NCBI GenBank assembly: GCA_965235115.1
Contig: OZ249436.1
Coordinates: 34,472,001-34,536,000, forward strand
Origin: Laetmonice hystrix
Taxonomy: Eukaryota
Reading direction: 5' to 3'
Length of the DNA: 64,000 nucleotides
Part shown: in pieces, positions 27,221 to 39,797 of the stretch
Position numbering within the stretch: position 1 is the stretch's first letter
Layout of the letters: every line of letters starts with the position of its first letter
The notes under the pieces: generated by a model
What the model was told of the DNA's origin: nothing
Databases searched by the model: none
The model's input: the letters and a program-made list of their open reading frames with translations, nothing else
Program-made: the position numbers and the translations under genes

Positions 27221-30200
27221 CTCATACAAGACACACACACTTTTCATATACATACACGTATATTATACATCTCTCATCAAAAACAGCCACTTATTACTGG
27301 GGACATTAATTTTATATGTATATTACAACATCGTAGCAGGGAAATATATAAGCGTGTATATTGTTGACCACACTCCAGGCATTTCACTTTCTGAATATTT
27401 GTTTTAGTGCTTCAAGAGACTTGCTCATTACCTCCACCTGTAATCATCACTCCATTTGCATGTCAGTGATGAACGTAATTACTATAAACAAGGACGGCAC
27501 CACTTTCACCATTCCATTGGCTCCTGTAAATTTATCTAATGATTCACAATTAAATCTAAACCAGCAGAGCACAATCTAGAAGCGATATTGCCGCAGCCAT
27601 CTTAGGTTAGAACCTCTCGTGCGATCAGTACACGCCCTATTTTCTCTGAGTGCTAAACTACATGGCGAGTAATTTCTAAGCGCACATTCAATTAAAATTC
27701 AATTAAAATTGATTAAAAATTCGAACGTCGCCTATGTAATGAGCTGTGGGAAAGCTCTTTCGGTTAACGTGATTCGACATTTCTGTCACATTCAACTCGT
27801 GTATATACACCTTGAAAAAGTGTTTTTTTGAGGAGACAGAAAAAAAGAGAGAAATATAGTCTCATGCCCATTGCATAACATACTAAGGGCAATGGAGACT
27901 GATGAACGGGTCTGTGCCAGCGGTACAAACCACAGCAAAGAAAGTGAGGCTCGTTTATGCAACTTCCAGTTATGAAAACTTTGATTAAGACGAGAAATTG
28001 TAGCCTGGAGCTGTGCTAAACTTTAACCATTTTAAACTTTCCCATTTTGATTGAAACCAATTAAAGACCTTTCTGTGCACATAATCACTGATATATGTAG
28101 TGCGTTGGTTGTGAACTTTTTGTTGAGGTTGTTTGGATGTAATGAACCTGACGAATATACGGCATACATTTTGACATGCTCTATCTATACAGATAGAAGC
28201 AGAACACTGATTTTCTTACACTGTATTCAAGTTAAGTTATTTAGAGATAAAAACCATTGTGCAATAAGCTGGGCACGCTTTCCCGACTTGATTATTCTTG
28301 AAATATACAAGTACATCGCTTCCTTTGTGATTTTATTTCCAATATTGTTAAAATGATTATTAATAGAGCATGATCATGATCTTAACATTTTTTTCTTACA
28401 CTCGAGGTGAAATACAAGTACAATGTAGGCTATGTAGTCTTATCAAAGGCCAATCCTTTTTCAGGATATAATATGGAATTTATTTTTCGAAGTGATTATT
28501 CTCAATATGGATACTTGGTCAACGGTGGTTTTAGGCCACATATCTGACGGTAAATATATGGGTTAAAAACACAGAACTGCAATGTCCTGTTCCTGAAAAA
28601 TATATTCTGCAACCTGTATGAGTTCTGTTAGCAGTAAAGCGTCTTGTTTACAATGACGTATAATCTCATGAGGACAATCTCAGAGAATGTTTGACTGTCC
28701 ATCATCATATTATGAGGTTCTCTCTTCTGTAATAAGTATACAAGTCAGGTTTAACGGAGAAACCTGAACGTTAGACGTATAAAGGTTGCTTCATTGTTTC
28801 CTGTATGTACATGAGAACCTCTGCCCGCTGCATGAGGTAGGAGGTCATTAATTAAGGTACACATGAAGCCATTTCTGAGAATAGAATGCTATATCATGAG
28901 CCGCGTTAATTTTTCACATAAAGTTGACCAAAATTGTTCTGTAATTAACACTCTAAGCTTATTGAAGAGGAAGACGAAACAGAAGAAGAAGGAGGAGAAA
29001 CACTTCGCCACAATTATAGTATACGGTAATATAACAGATTATTAATTAGATCGATGTCAACCTACTGCCTTCTTTTCTTTCCTTGGTACATAATAATTAT
29101 GTCTTCATCACCAACTAATGAGAACTTGAATTAACCCTGTATATGTTGTGAATATACAGGCCAGTTTTAGGAGGCGTATATATTTCACAGTTCCACGCCA
29201 GTGCCCCCCTCCCCAATGCACCCCACCAGATCCGCTATCGCTTGTTTTGTAGTATTCCAAAAATTATCAATTCTGATTAATTACACGTGCAATTACCCAG
29301 GCGTGTGGCAAGCGTCCTCCCAATATACGTATATCTTTTTAACGCGTGGTACGAGAAGAAAAAAATACTCCTGGGAGTATTCCCCTGGTGGGGTTGATGT
29401 GGTGGCCTCCATTTATCTGGCTTACGATCAGAAAGAATGGTCCTAAATGACACAGTGCCGCGTACTATCTGAGCACTAGAGACACTACCACCCCGCGAGA
29501 CGACCATGGTAGTATTCAATTGACCGGATTTAGTGTACCATCGAAACAGACCGACATCGTGTATCCCAATCTATCGTGGTTAATCCACTCTATACTTATC
29601 GGGGCTGAAGATCACACTTGGTTACGCAATGGGAGTGACATGCGAAGTTAATGCGACTCATCTTCTGCCGTCGTCATAGTGGGTGGTCTCCGCATTCAAT
29701 AAATAATAAAACTTGTAAAGTTATAAATATTGTTTTGATGATATCCCGGTGTGATAAATTTCAGAAAGGCAAGGTTTTTATGTTGCCTCCCAGGGGGCAG
29801 CCCCTTGGGAGTCGCCCCCAAGATGGTTCCGAGTCCGAATTTTCATTTAGAGTTCCACCCGCCCGTAGTCACACGGATAATGAAAACATTAGCATATATG
29901 TGATGAATGAAGACGACATGCCAACGTTACCATGGCGAAGACAGGATGATGTTGGGAAGGTTCCTTGACTGTGTGAAACGCCAATGCCCAGACTCATAAT
30001 GTGCCTCTATGCATATGACCAACTTTCTTTTTAGCATAACAATGGAACAAGTCAAGGCCATTATAGACGTTAGGCAATATGTCTGCCAGTAGTGAAGGGG
30101 CGTAAGGTCTTAGCGGTAGTTTCGTAGCAACGACCTTAATCAGTGTACACTTAAGAAAGAAGGTGTTTTGCATATCTATGTATAGTTTGAAGACTTATAT

Positions 30201-30469
30201 CCATGGGCATGTGCTATGTACTGCACATTACATTTAGGTCTTCAGAGACTGATGTTTCAATTTTGTCCGTGTGCGAGAAAGGTAAGAAGATTCGATATAC
30301 AGTTCATGTATGTTACATGTATGTACAAATAATGCTTGTAACTACTGTGAGGTGGAATATCAATGATTGATGATTGTATTATAATATAGTCACGCTTATA
30401 TGTCATTTATACAGATATTTTTTCATAGTTTATATAAAAAAAAGGGGAAGAGAACCTAAAGTGCTTTAA

Positions 30470-30808
30470 AGGAAAGGTAAACTGGCCAAAAACTAAAAAA
30501 AAAGAAAACATTTGTATGATACTTAGAGTTCTTACCTAGAATGTTGCCTCTACTTCATTTTTTGGTATATTTTCTTGCAAACTTTGCCGGCGAAATCGGA
30601 TACCTTCCATTAAGTTGAAAAAGACAATCTTTTACCAGTTTGTTTCGGTTATTTTTGGTCATAAGTCACAAGAAAAAGATGATATTTGTATCTATAATTT
30701 AAGTTATAAGATGTCTTATCTGTGATATGTTGACCACCAACCAGATCATCTAAAGAGTTATAAATATTGTTCAATACTTTCTGCGCATTCACGTATTTGA
30801 CCTTCCCT
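30470..30808. mobile_element. Non-autonomous TTAA-type DNA element, Kolobok-like (339 bp)
   Basis: TTAA at 30466-30469 and 30809-30812. The left end is AGGAAAGGTAAA and the reverse complement of the right end is AGGGAAGGTCAA (10/12). A TTAA TSD with RR..YY termini is the Kolobok signature, whereas piggyBac typically starts CC(C/T). Confidence 0.55.
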
Positions 30809-33002
30809 TTAAGCTTTGAGCAGCAAACATTTGCCTTAACCTTGTACTCTGGCATGTCATGCCATGTATCTCATTTCTTCATGTTTTATATGAAAATGTG
30901 CATATGCTCTCTGCCTGTCATATAGGCCTATAGCACGGTGTTGTAGACCTACTACATACCTTACAATGTAAACTTTCATAATGGACATTAGTAAATAATA
31001 TAGACCCTATAATGTATAGGAACTAGGAAAAAAACTTCTTTGCAGGCACAGAATACACTGAGATTTACAAAGTCATGTATGTGTACTGTGCATGATTATG
31101 TCGTATATATAGGTTACCTATATCATGTTATGGCTATATATCTACGTGGATACATAATATTTATGCAGCCTTGTCAATCAACAAGCACACACTCACTCTT
31201 GCTGCATGCAAGGGAGTCGACCCACCCCCTACCAGATCACAGCAACACAAGAACGCGGTCATACATGATACAATCGTACAGGCTTTTACACAACAAAATG
31301 CAATTAACTGCGAACAAACTTGATTCGCCACTACGGTAGAGTCCTTCGAGGTATGGCCAAACGGTGAGCTGGGTGCATGCGACACCTCGCTACATCGACA
31401 CGCGAAAGCAATTTAACTCGGAGGCCACATCCCTTCAACTCGACCAGCCATTTCTCTTCTACACGTCACAGCGTTGGTTTAATCTATCTTAAAGTCTGAA
31501 ATACGATGGCAATTCAATAACACCTCGCCCTAATCATTTCTTGCAAGTCGACAAGACTGTAGTGGTTGCGCCAATGTCGGGTTTGTTCGAGTGTTTCTAT
31601 AGTTTGACGTGTCTCCAGAAAGGGCACATGCGAGGCACGAGAACCTCGTTTGTTTTCGAGGGAGGCCTCGCTTCGATTTGTCGTCTGGAGCTTAGAAAAA
31701 AAAGAACGACACTGAAATCTTTTAAATCCGATTTGCCGTTTGATATTTGATGAACGTCTTGTGAGATAGGAGTTTAAAGATCATAAGTATTTCGTAATTA
31801 GCATTGGACCGTGTCTGTCCCGGACGTCCTCCCAGTAGGATGGTGGGGACCGGTCCAGGACCTCGAATGGCGTCTTTCCCCTCGGATTACTCTAACTCCG
31901 CCCTTCTGAGGCGCTCAAAATTGAAAGGGAAATTTCAGGTCATTGGGAAAAATCCATTCCAAAAGCAGAGCAGCATGCAACGGTGAAATCTAATCATTAT
32001 TTCCAGGGAGCAATGTCATCGTGTCACGCTTGTCTTTAAATTTCCCAGAGCGCGCCGCCAAAGATTTGAGAAATTGACTGTCACTAATCTCTTAGGCTTA
32101 ATGGATGTGGCAGGGTGTGCCTATAGTGTTACGTAACTTATGCTTCCAAGGGGGCGATCTACCGACAGGAACGCTTTGTTTCCCTAGACTGTACATCAGT
32201 CATGCGCCCAGTGAACCCATATCCCTCTGTGCCTTCCCGAAAAAAAAACACAAGGCACCAGATTCTATGCTTGGCGTTGGATTCTTGTCACTATGGAGTG
32301 GAAATTGGCTATCAAGCCCACTAGTCGCGACTATTGGCTCTGCCATTCCGACGTCAAGCGTGCAAGCCGCGGTTCTTATTTCGTTTGGATTCCATTCATT
32401 CATTTCATGTTCATGTTGATTTCTACAAACATCATTAGGGCCGGATTTTCCCCTTGGTTCGCCACAAATTTACATCGCTTCTGCCTAGCTCGCCCTGAGC
32501 TCCAGGGAGGGGTCGGTGCCTGCTACGTCAGTCGAGCGCAATTTGCCATCGATTAATCCCGAGAAATTTGTCCGAGTGAAAATCTAACATGGCAGGGCCG
32601 GGAACTTTTGAGAGTCTAGAGGAAGGGAAAGTTGCCGACTGGCTCTAATGATGTCGATATCATGCCATTTCATGTCGGTTGGCCGGTCAGGAGATGTACT
32701 GTGAGTTGTTCGCCGGGCAGGGGCGGCGGGAGGAGGGGGAGGGGAGGGGCAGGCCTAGTAAAGACTCGGGGAGTCGGGTCGACAAAATACCTTAATACAA
32801 AGTTACCGTGGGCGCACCTAGTTATCCCGAGTGTCCGGCGAGAGGAACCGTTCGATACGTGTCGGGCTGAACGTCACGGCAGGCGGCCCGGGACCTTCAT
32901 GTGCAGACCTCTGTCTCCTCCCGAGAACGGAAGTTTTTGATTCTGCTTGTCTGAATGATTGGATCCATGGTACAGTGGGTGGTCTCTGGCTCTGTCTGGC
33001 TC

Positions 33003-33220
33003 TCTGTCTCTATAACTCTCTGTCCCTGTCTTTGTCTCTGTTACTCTCTCTGTCTCTGTTTCTCTCTGTCTGTCTGTTACTCTCTCTGCTGTCTCTGTCT
33101 CTGTTACTCTGTCTGTCTCTCTGTCTCTTTCTGTCTGTCTCTTTCTGTCTGTTTCTCTGCCTGTCTCTGTCTCTGTCTCTCTCTATGTCTGCCTGTCTCT
33201 ATGTCTCTGTCTCTCTGTCT
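33003..33220. repeat. (CT)n/(CTGT)n compound microsatellite
   Basis: Direct reading; explains the Leu/Ser/Cys-rich ORFs here. Confidence 0.95.
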
Positions 33221-35367
33221 GAGACAGCCCCCACAGATTTCTGAGATTGAACTTCAGTGACCAGGGCCATGTTTGACCCGGGCCCGGGCGTACAAAGTTT
33301 GGGACAATAAGTGGAAGCGTGTGAGCAGTGAGAGTATAGAGGGAATCTCGACACCTGCGTGATCGTAATGGGCGGTTGACATGTGGGACGCTGTCTGGGA
33401 GCAGTGCCGGGGGGAGGAGTAGCAGGATGGAGGGGGGAGGGGGGCAGCCGGCCGACCGCCCGACAAGATGGCTGTCCCGATCCCCAGGCTCCCCTGCCTC
33501 AGAAACTTCTCGTCACACGGGGCTCGGCATTGTCAGCCAACTAGTGCCATTGTCGGTCACAGACAGCGACGCACAATCACGGCCATTACCTCAGTGTATC
33601 CATCAGCGAAAAAATGTTATACAATTGTATTAGCGTGCACATGTGAGGTTTGGTGCGACTATGGTTCGGTCTCCTTGCGCACGTCAAGGGACCGCGACAA
33701 GCGCGGCCTCCTTCACCACAGCCTACCCCCTTTACCCCCCAGGAGACAGGGCTACTGTTCATCGGAATGCAACACCAGCCCTGGATATTGGGACTAGCTC
33801 TCGCCCCAGAGCGATTGCTTATGCAAGTGCCGTCCCCCAACCGCTTTGTTTGTTTCATTTTGCTAATGAAAAATGAAATATGCGTGCATTAGACGGCGGT
33901 CGATCAGGAGGTAGCAGGCTGCCCCCACAGCCGCCAAGAAGTCAGGGTGGCCCGTTGGGGGAAGTGTAGGGGAGGTGAGGTAGTAAGGAGTGGGGGATGG
34001 GTGGGGGGGGGGGGGGGGCTGTCACTGAGGACATGGGGAAAGGAAGAGGCCCAGGTCCCCCGCTTGCTCTGATGGCTGAACCTCACCAAGCAGCTAGACT
34101 AATCTTAATGCGCCAACGCCCCCCCCCCCCCCACTTTTTTTTAGTCGTGTGCACACAAAAAAAAGCAAGGAGTTCTTATCGGAAGGGGATTAATATTTGC
34201 ATTGAGAAAGGCGTGGGGCATGGCCGAGCGACAAACAGACCTCGGCGTATGGGTGTAGGAGGGAGGGCCATAGCTCATCTCCTCTTAATGACTGATGAAG
34301 CACGGCTGTGTATGGTGGTGCTCATTTCTCCTCCCAACCCTCTGACCCTTAAACAGAATGTTGGCCAAGCCGCACGCCAGGCAAATCAGGAAGCCAAGAG
34401 CCGGCCCGGCGCCCCCCTCTATACATGCCCCTGCCGGGCCGCCGCCGGTGGTATCGGCGGTGGTTGACAGCGCCGCGCCTTTTGACAAAGTTTCCTGGTT
34501 GAGATGATCAGAGGGTGGTGTGGTTGGCGGGCGGGTTGGCTGCACGCGTGGCCGCCGACGCCACTGCTGCCGTCCCCCAACCCCTCCCCCCGACAAGACT
34601 TATCTGTCCCGTCACTGATTGCCCTCTACATTTGTCTTCATTACCCTGCAGGCGCGAGCGCTCCGTCCGTGCTCTTTGAGGCGGCTTTGTGAAAGTTTGC
34701 TCAAGTGAACAGTACTTAGTCGGCATCGCAGAAAAAGATTACATAAATCTCGATGATCGCCAAAAACCTCGGAGCGCTGCGAAGCGATCATTCTGTGGGC
34801 CGCTAAATTACTTAGACCGCGTATTACGAACCCCGGAATGCCTGGAAGGCAGTTTGCTCACGTGGCGAGTGCACAACGGGGAAGGCGATTTCTCCAAGTT
34901 AATTAGGGAAATCGATCTAAATTTCAAAAAAGTTCGTCTATGTCGCATGCGCTGACTTGCGTAATTTTCTTCCTATCACCTTGACACGGGCCTCCATCTT
35001 TTACATTGGGAGCGAGCGAGTTCGACATTAGTGTTAAAATATTATTTCTTGGGGGCTTTCTGGGTCTCTTTTGGTCGGAATCCAACCCTGCCCCGTCAAC
35101 GCAATTATGTTAATATCAGCTGTGCTTTAGCCAAGCGTTAGTCTGGTCTAAACTTGCCTAATCGATAAGCTGAGGACTCGAAACGCCAGCGACAGCTAGC
35201 GTTATGCTAATAGAGACGAAATATCTGAGTTGTACGGCTGTAGTTGGTGACGTTGTCTTTAATTCGTTAAAATAACGACTCAGTGTATGGCCGTGTCGAG
35301 GGTGGGGCAGTCATGGCGGCCAGTCGATCGATCCTTGCTCGCCGCTGGACACTCAGGACCATGTGGT

Positions 35368-35477
35368 CAGTGACGTCACTGCGGTCACCCGGTCAAGCAA
35401 CCAATCAAAGCCGCTTGTGTCGGGTGACTGACAGGCCCTCTAAGCCGTCCCATCGGCCCATGTCTTAATGTATAAAT
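35368..35477 (+). promoter_or_regulatory. Promoter-like cluster: palindromic CRE, CCAAT, TATA-like box
   Basis: CAGTGACGTCACTG (14-bp palindrome with a full TGACGTCA) at 35368-35381, CCAAT at 35401, TATAAAT at 35471-35477, at the 3' edge of a ~2-kb CpG-rich block. Motif match only. Confidence 0.3.
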
Positions 35478-36263
35478 GAGATCAAGAAAGGGGGCAGCGG
35501 CCGGGTGGAGGGGTGCAGGGTACACAACCACAATGTGTGCTTAATTCTGGGTGGTATCTGGGAAGTCGATGGATTATCAAGTCAATTCCGAGTACAGAGA
35601 CCTGGGAATGCGGGTCAGAGAGGGATCCGCTCTGAAAACTCTGCTCCCGGGACGAGAGTTTTACTTTCGTAATCCTTTCCACAGTCGAGTTTATACTAGC
35701 GAATGACCCCAGTCGATAATGACAGGCAATTGTGATACAATAACATTAAGAATAGAAAAAAAATGAAAGTCAAGGATGGTTCGGGAGTCTGTATGTAAAG
35801 TTCTCAGAAGAATCAAGCGAGGCCAAGAGAGGCCACGGGATGCATGTATAGAAGACAGTTGAAGCGCAAACACTGATAAGGCAGATGGTCTTAGCCCACG
35901 TTAACAGATTTGACTCCCTCTGACCCCATATGATCTATAATAATAAATAATAAAAGTTATATGAGACGTTGGTTACTCTCAAACAACTGGTGTAATGTAT
36001 CCTCTAATAAATGTGGGGCGTTATCCCCCTCTCGGGCGACATGCACAACCGCCTTATAAATTATTATATCCTTGACTTATTAAGAAGGTCGAAATGTGCT
36101 AAGGTTTCCGTCCTGCCGACAAACATTATTCACTTCCGTGAAAATCAATTAAGCACAATGTAATATTATGAGGTGCTGGTATATAGATCATGCATGACAG
36201 CTCCCGGAATTCATTGGCAGAGAATGCAGTGAGACATTGCTATATGTTATATGAGACATTGCT

Positions 36264-36540
36264 ATATGTTAGGTATAGATTGATTAACCGGGAATCCTAA
36301 CTGATAATAAAATCAAATCACATCTATAAGAGAGAAAATTATATTATTATACATTAATATTTACTATAATGGTGTATACTTTGGTGTATGGTTATGTCAG
36401 TAATATGTTAGGTATAGATTGATTAACCGGGAATCCTAACTGATAATATATAATCAAATCACATCTATAAGAGAGAAAATTATATTATTATACATTAATA
36501 TTTACTATAATGGTGTATATTTTGGTGTATGGTTATGTCA
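36264..36540. repeat. Tandem duplication, 2 x ~137 bp, AT-rich
   Basis: 36264-36399 is nearly identical to 36403-36540. Confidence 0.95.
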
Positions 36541-36583
36541 ATATTTCATGCCACGGGGACAAATACTGCTACAGATGATGGTT

Positions 36584-36623
36584 GTCATGATTTATAAATC
36601 ATGTCGTCATGATTTATAAATCA
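36584..36623. repeat. Duplicated palindrome TGATTTATAAATCA (22-bp period)
   Basis: CATGATTTATAAATCATG (36586-36603) and TGATTTATAAATCA (36610-36623) are both perfect palindromes. Confidence 0.9.
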
Positions 36624-37387
36624 ACTTAAGTTAAATTCCAAGGCACCACCCCGATCTGAACCGTATAATGTTTAATGGGAGGGGGAGGGAGGGGGAGGGG
36701 GGGGGGTGGAGGAGGGGGAAGAGGCCGCAAACGCAGATGGAAATCCCAACGCACATTGCATCATATATAAAGAGAATCGCAGTTGCAAGCAACTTTTCTG
36801 AATCTTATACAAAATGATGAACGCCGGTCATACTGTTGCAGCTAAAACGCCTTTATTGCCATGGACTAATGTGCCAAAGGAAGTAAACAGTCTCGTACGA
36901 TATTAGGATTTCTGCAAGGAAATGGCCTGGGAGTATTTCCATGGGTGTAGTATGTGCTTTACTTAGGCAGAAGGCGGGCAGAAAGCCGGCCCGCCTCGGG
37001 TCGTCTTGGCTGTTATTTGCTTGCTGTGTTCCCTATCAATGTCCATGAGAAATAAGGCCGGGAAACAATTACTGATGTGGGACGGCTTTCGTACAACCCA
37101 GACCAAGCCACTCACCGAGCTATAGGGCGCTCAGCGTTCAAATGTAGGAGCTTGGACGCATTTTGTATCAACGGGTAATAATGGCTCGGGTGGGGGTGAT
37201 GGAATCCAGTCATGTTGGAGGGGGGGGGGTAAAAATAAATGGAAGCTTCTTTCTTTTCGGATGGGTTTGTATGTACATACATATTATGTAATAATATAAG
37301 AATAGTGAATGCACATATAATGGATGTTTGCATTATAAACATGCAGATCACAATTTGGGGATAATTATATGCACACCGGTGTCCTCA

Positions 37388-37511
37388 TCAGATTACAGGG
37401 GGGTAACCTGAAGTTAACTTCAAATTACCCCCCGGTAATCTGAAGTTGGTTTCAAATTACCGGGGGGGGGGGGGTATAAGCCCCTCGGTTAGGGTTAAGG
37501 TAAGTTTAGGG
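37388..37511. repeat. 56-bp near-perfect palindrome followed by poly-G and a TTAGGG-like tract
   Basis: 37388-37443 has 28-bp arms matching 25/28 with no loop. It overlaps a 32-bp-period dimer (37402-37461), then G-run, then GGTTAGGGTTAAGGTAAGTTTAGGG. Confidence 0.85.
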
Positions 37512-38265
37512 ATGCACATGTGCTGGTCTGACCCATCGGTGGATTTCTAGGGGCATGGAATCAGAGCGATAATAGTTACGAAAAAGTTAAAAAGTATAAG
37601 AAAGAACTATACTCTAGCGTATTCCAAAAGTAAGTCTCAGCGTTTATACTCAATGTTATCATTTCTCCTAACCTCGATCCTCTTCCCCCTGCTTCTATCG
37701 ACCCGATACTAGGATGTACGGTATATCAGGTTATTTTGGTGCAGCGCAGGTTTCGTGCATTTTCTATTCAGGGGCTTGCATGGTGTTCTTGATTTCGCGC
37801 AGTCAGACTTTTTAAAGCTTTGGGGGAGTGACCGAGTCAACCACGGCACCAGAGACTGGCTTGGTGTGTGGGTGGAGCACTTACGGCCACTATAGTTATA
37901 ACACGAGGTCGACGTACCCTAGCCCCTCCATCCCATTGTTGACAAATAAAGTTGAAACTCTAAGTTTGTAAAGGTTTATGTCAACCTATATCTACATTCT
38001 CAGCCAGACGATGAACAAGTCCATGATTCCTTCTCAGATGTCAGTATAGTTCCTTTGACTGAGGCTAGTCTCAATATAACTGACATATAGGGTAAATTAT
38101 GATAATGTTGACACATAATAGGTAGCCTACACTGATATAGGCCTACTCCATATACAATATAATTATGGTTAATGTTTGATTATTAGGTTTCTGAAAAATT
38201 AAAAAGGTCATTAATTTTATTTCTTAAGGCATAGCCTGTTTTCTCCTCTTCGCAAAAGATATCGA

Positions 38266-39797
38266 CCGATGGGTCAGATCCACCAACGGCGCAGAAACCT
38301 AACCCATCGGCCGATGGGCAACCCACTGGCCGACCCACCGATGGGCCAGGCCCACCGGCCGATAGGTAACCCACTGGCCGACCCACCGATGGGCCAGGCC
38401 CACCGGCCGATAGGTAACCCACTGGCCGACCCACCGATGGGTCAGGCCCACCGGCCGATGGGTAACCCACTGGCCGACCCACCGATGGGTCAGGCCCACC
38501 GGCCGATGGGTAACTCACTGGCCGACCCACCGATGGGTCAGGTCCACCGGCCGATAGGTAAGCCACCGATGGGTCAGGCCCACCGGCCGATGGGTAACCC
38601 ACTGGCCGACCCACCGATGGGTCAGGCCCACCGGCCGATAGGTAACCCACTGGCCGACCCACCGATGGATCAGGCCCATCGGCCGATGGGTAACCCACCG
38701 ATGGGTCAGGCCCACCGGCCGATGGGTAACCCACTGGCCGACCCACCGATGGGTCAGGCCCACCGGCCGATAGGTAACCCACTGGCCGACCCACCGATGG
38801 ATCAGGCCCATCGGCCGATGGGTAACCCACCGATCGGTCAGGCCCACCGGCCGATGGGTAACCCACTGGCCGATCCACCTATGGGTCAGGCCCACCGGCT
38901 GATGGGTAACCCACCGATGGGTCAGGCCGATGGGTAACCCACTGGCCGACCCACCGATGGGTCAGGCCCATCGGCCGATGGGTAACCCACTGGCCGACCC
39001 ACCGATGGGTCAGGCCCACCGGCCGATGGGTAACCCACTGGCCGACCCACCGATGGGTCAGGCCCATCGGCCGATGGGTAACCCACTGGCCGACCCACCG
39101 ATGGGTCAGGCCCACCGGCCGATGGGTAACCCACCGATGGGTCAGGCTCACCGGCCGATATGTAACCCGATGGCCGACCCAGCGATGGGTAACCCGCTGG
39201 CCGACCCACCGATGGGTCAGGCCCACCGGCCGATAGGTAACCCACTGGCCGACCCACCGATGGGCCAGGCCCACCGGCCGATGGGTAACCCACCGATGGG
39301 TCAGGCCCACCGGCCGATGGGTAACCCACTGGCCGACCCACCGATGGGTAACCCACCGATAGGTCAGGCCCACCGGCCGATATGTAACCCACTGGCCGAC
39401 CCACCGATGGGTAACCCGCTGGCCGACCCACCGATGGGTCAGGCCCACCGGCCGATAGGTAACCCACTGGCCGACCCACCGATGGGTCAGGCCCACCGGC
39501 TGATGGGTAACCCACCGATGGGTCAGGCCCACCGGCCGATATGTAACCCACTGGCCGACCCACCGATGGGTAACCCACAGATAGGTCAGGCCCACCGGCC
39601 GATAGGTAACCCACTGGCCGACCCACCGATGGGTCAGGCCGATGGGCAACCCGCTGGCCGACCCACCGATGGGTCAGGCCCACCGGCCGATGGGTAACCC
39701 ACCGATAGGTCAGGCCCACCGGCCGATGGGTAACCCACCGATGGATCAGGCCCACCGGCCGATATGTAACCCGATGGCCGACCCACCGATGGGTAAC
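38266..39797. repeat. Modular GC-rich minisatellite, 48-bp master unit with shorter variants
   Basis: Master unit CCACTGGCCGAC-CCACCGATGGGTCAGGC-CCACCGGCCGATGGGTAAC (12+17+19 bp) with module-deletion variants. Confidence 0.96.
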
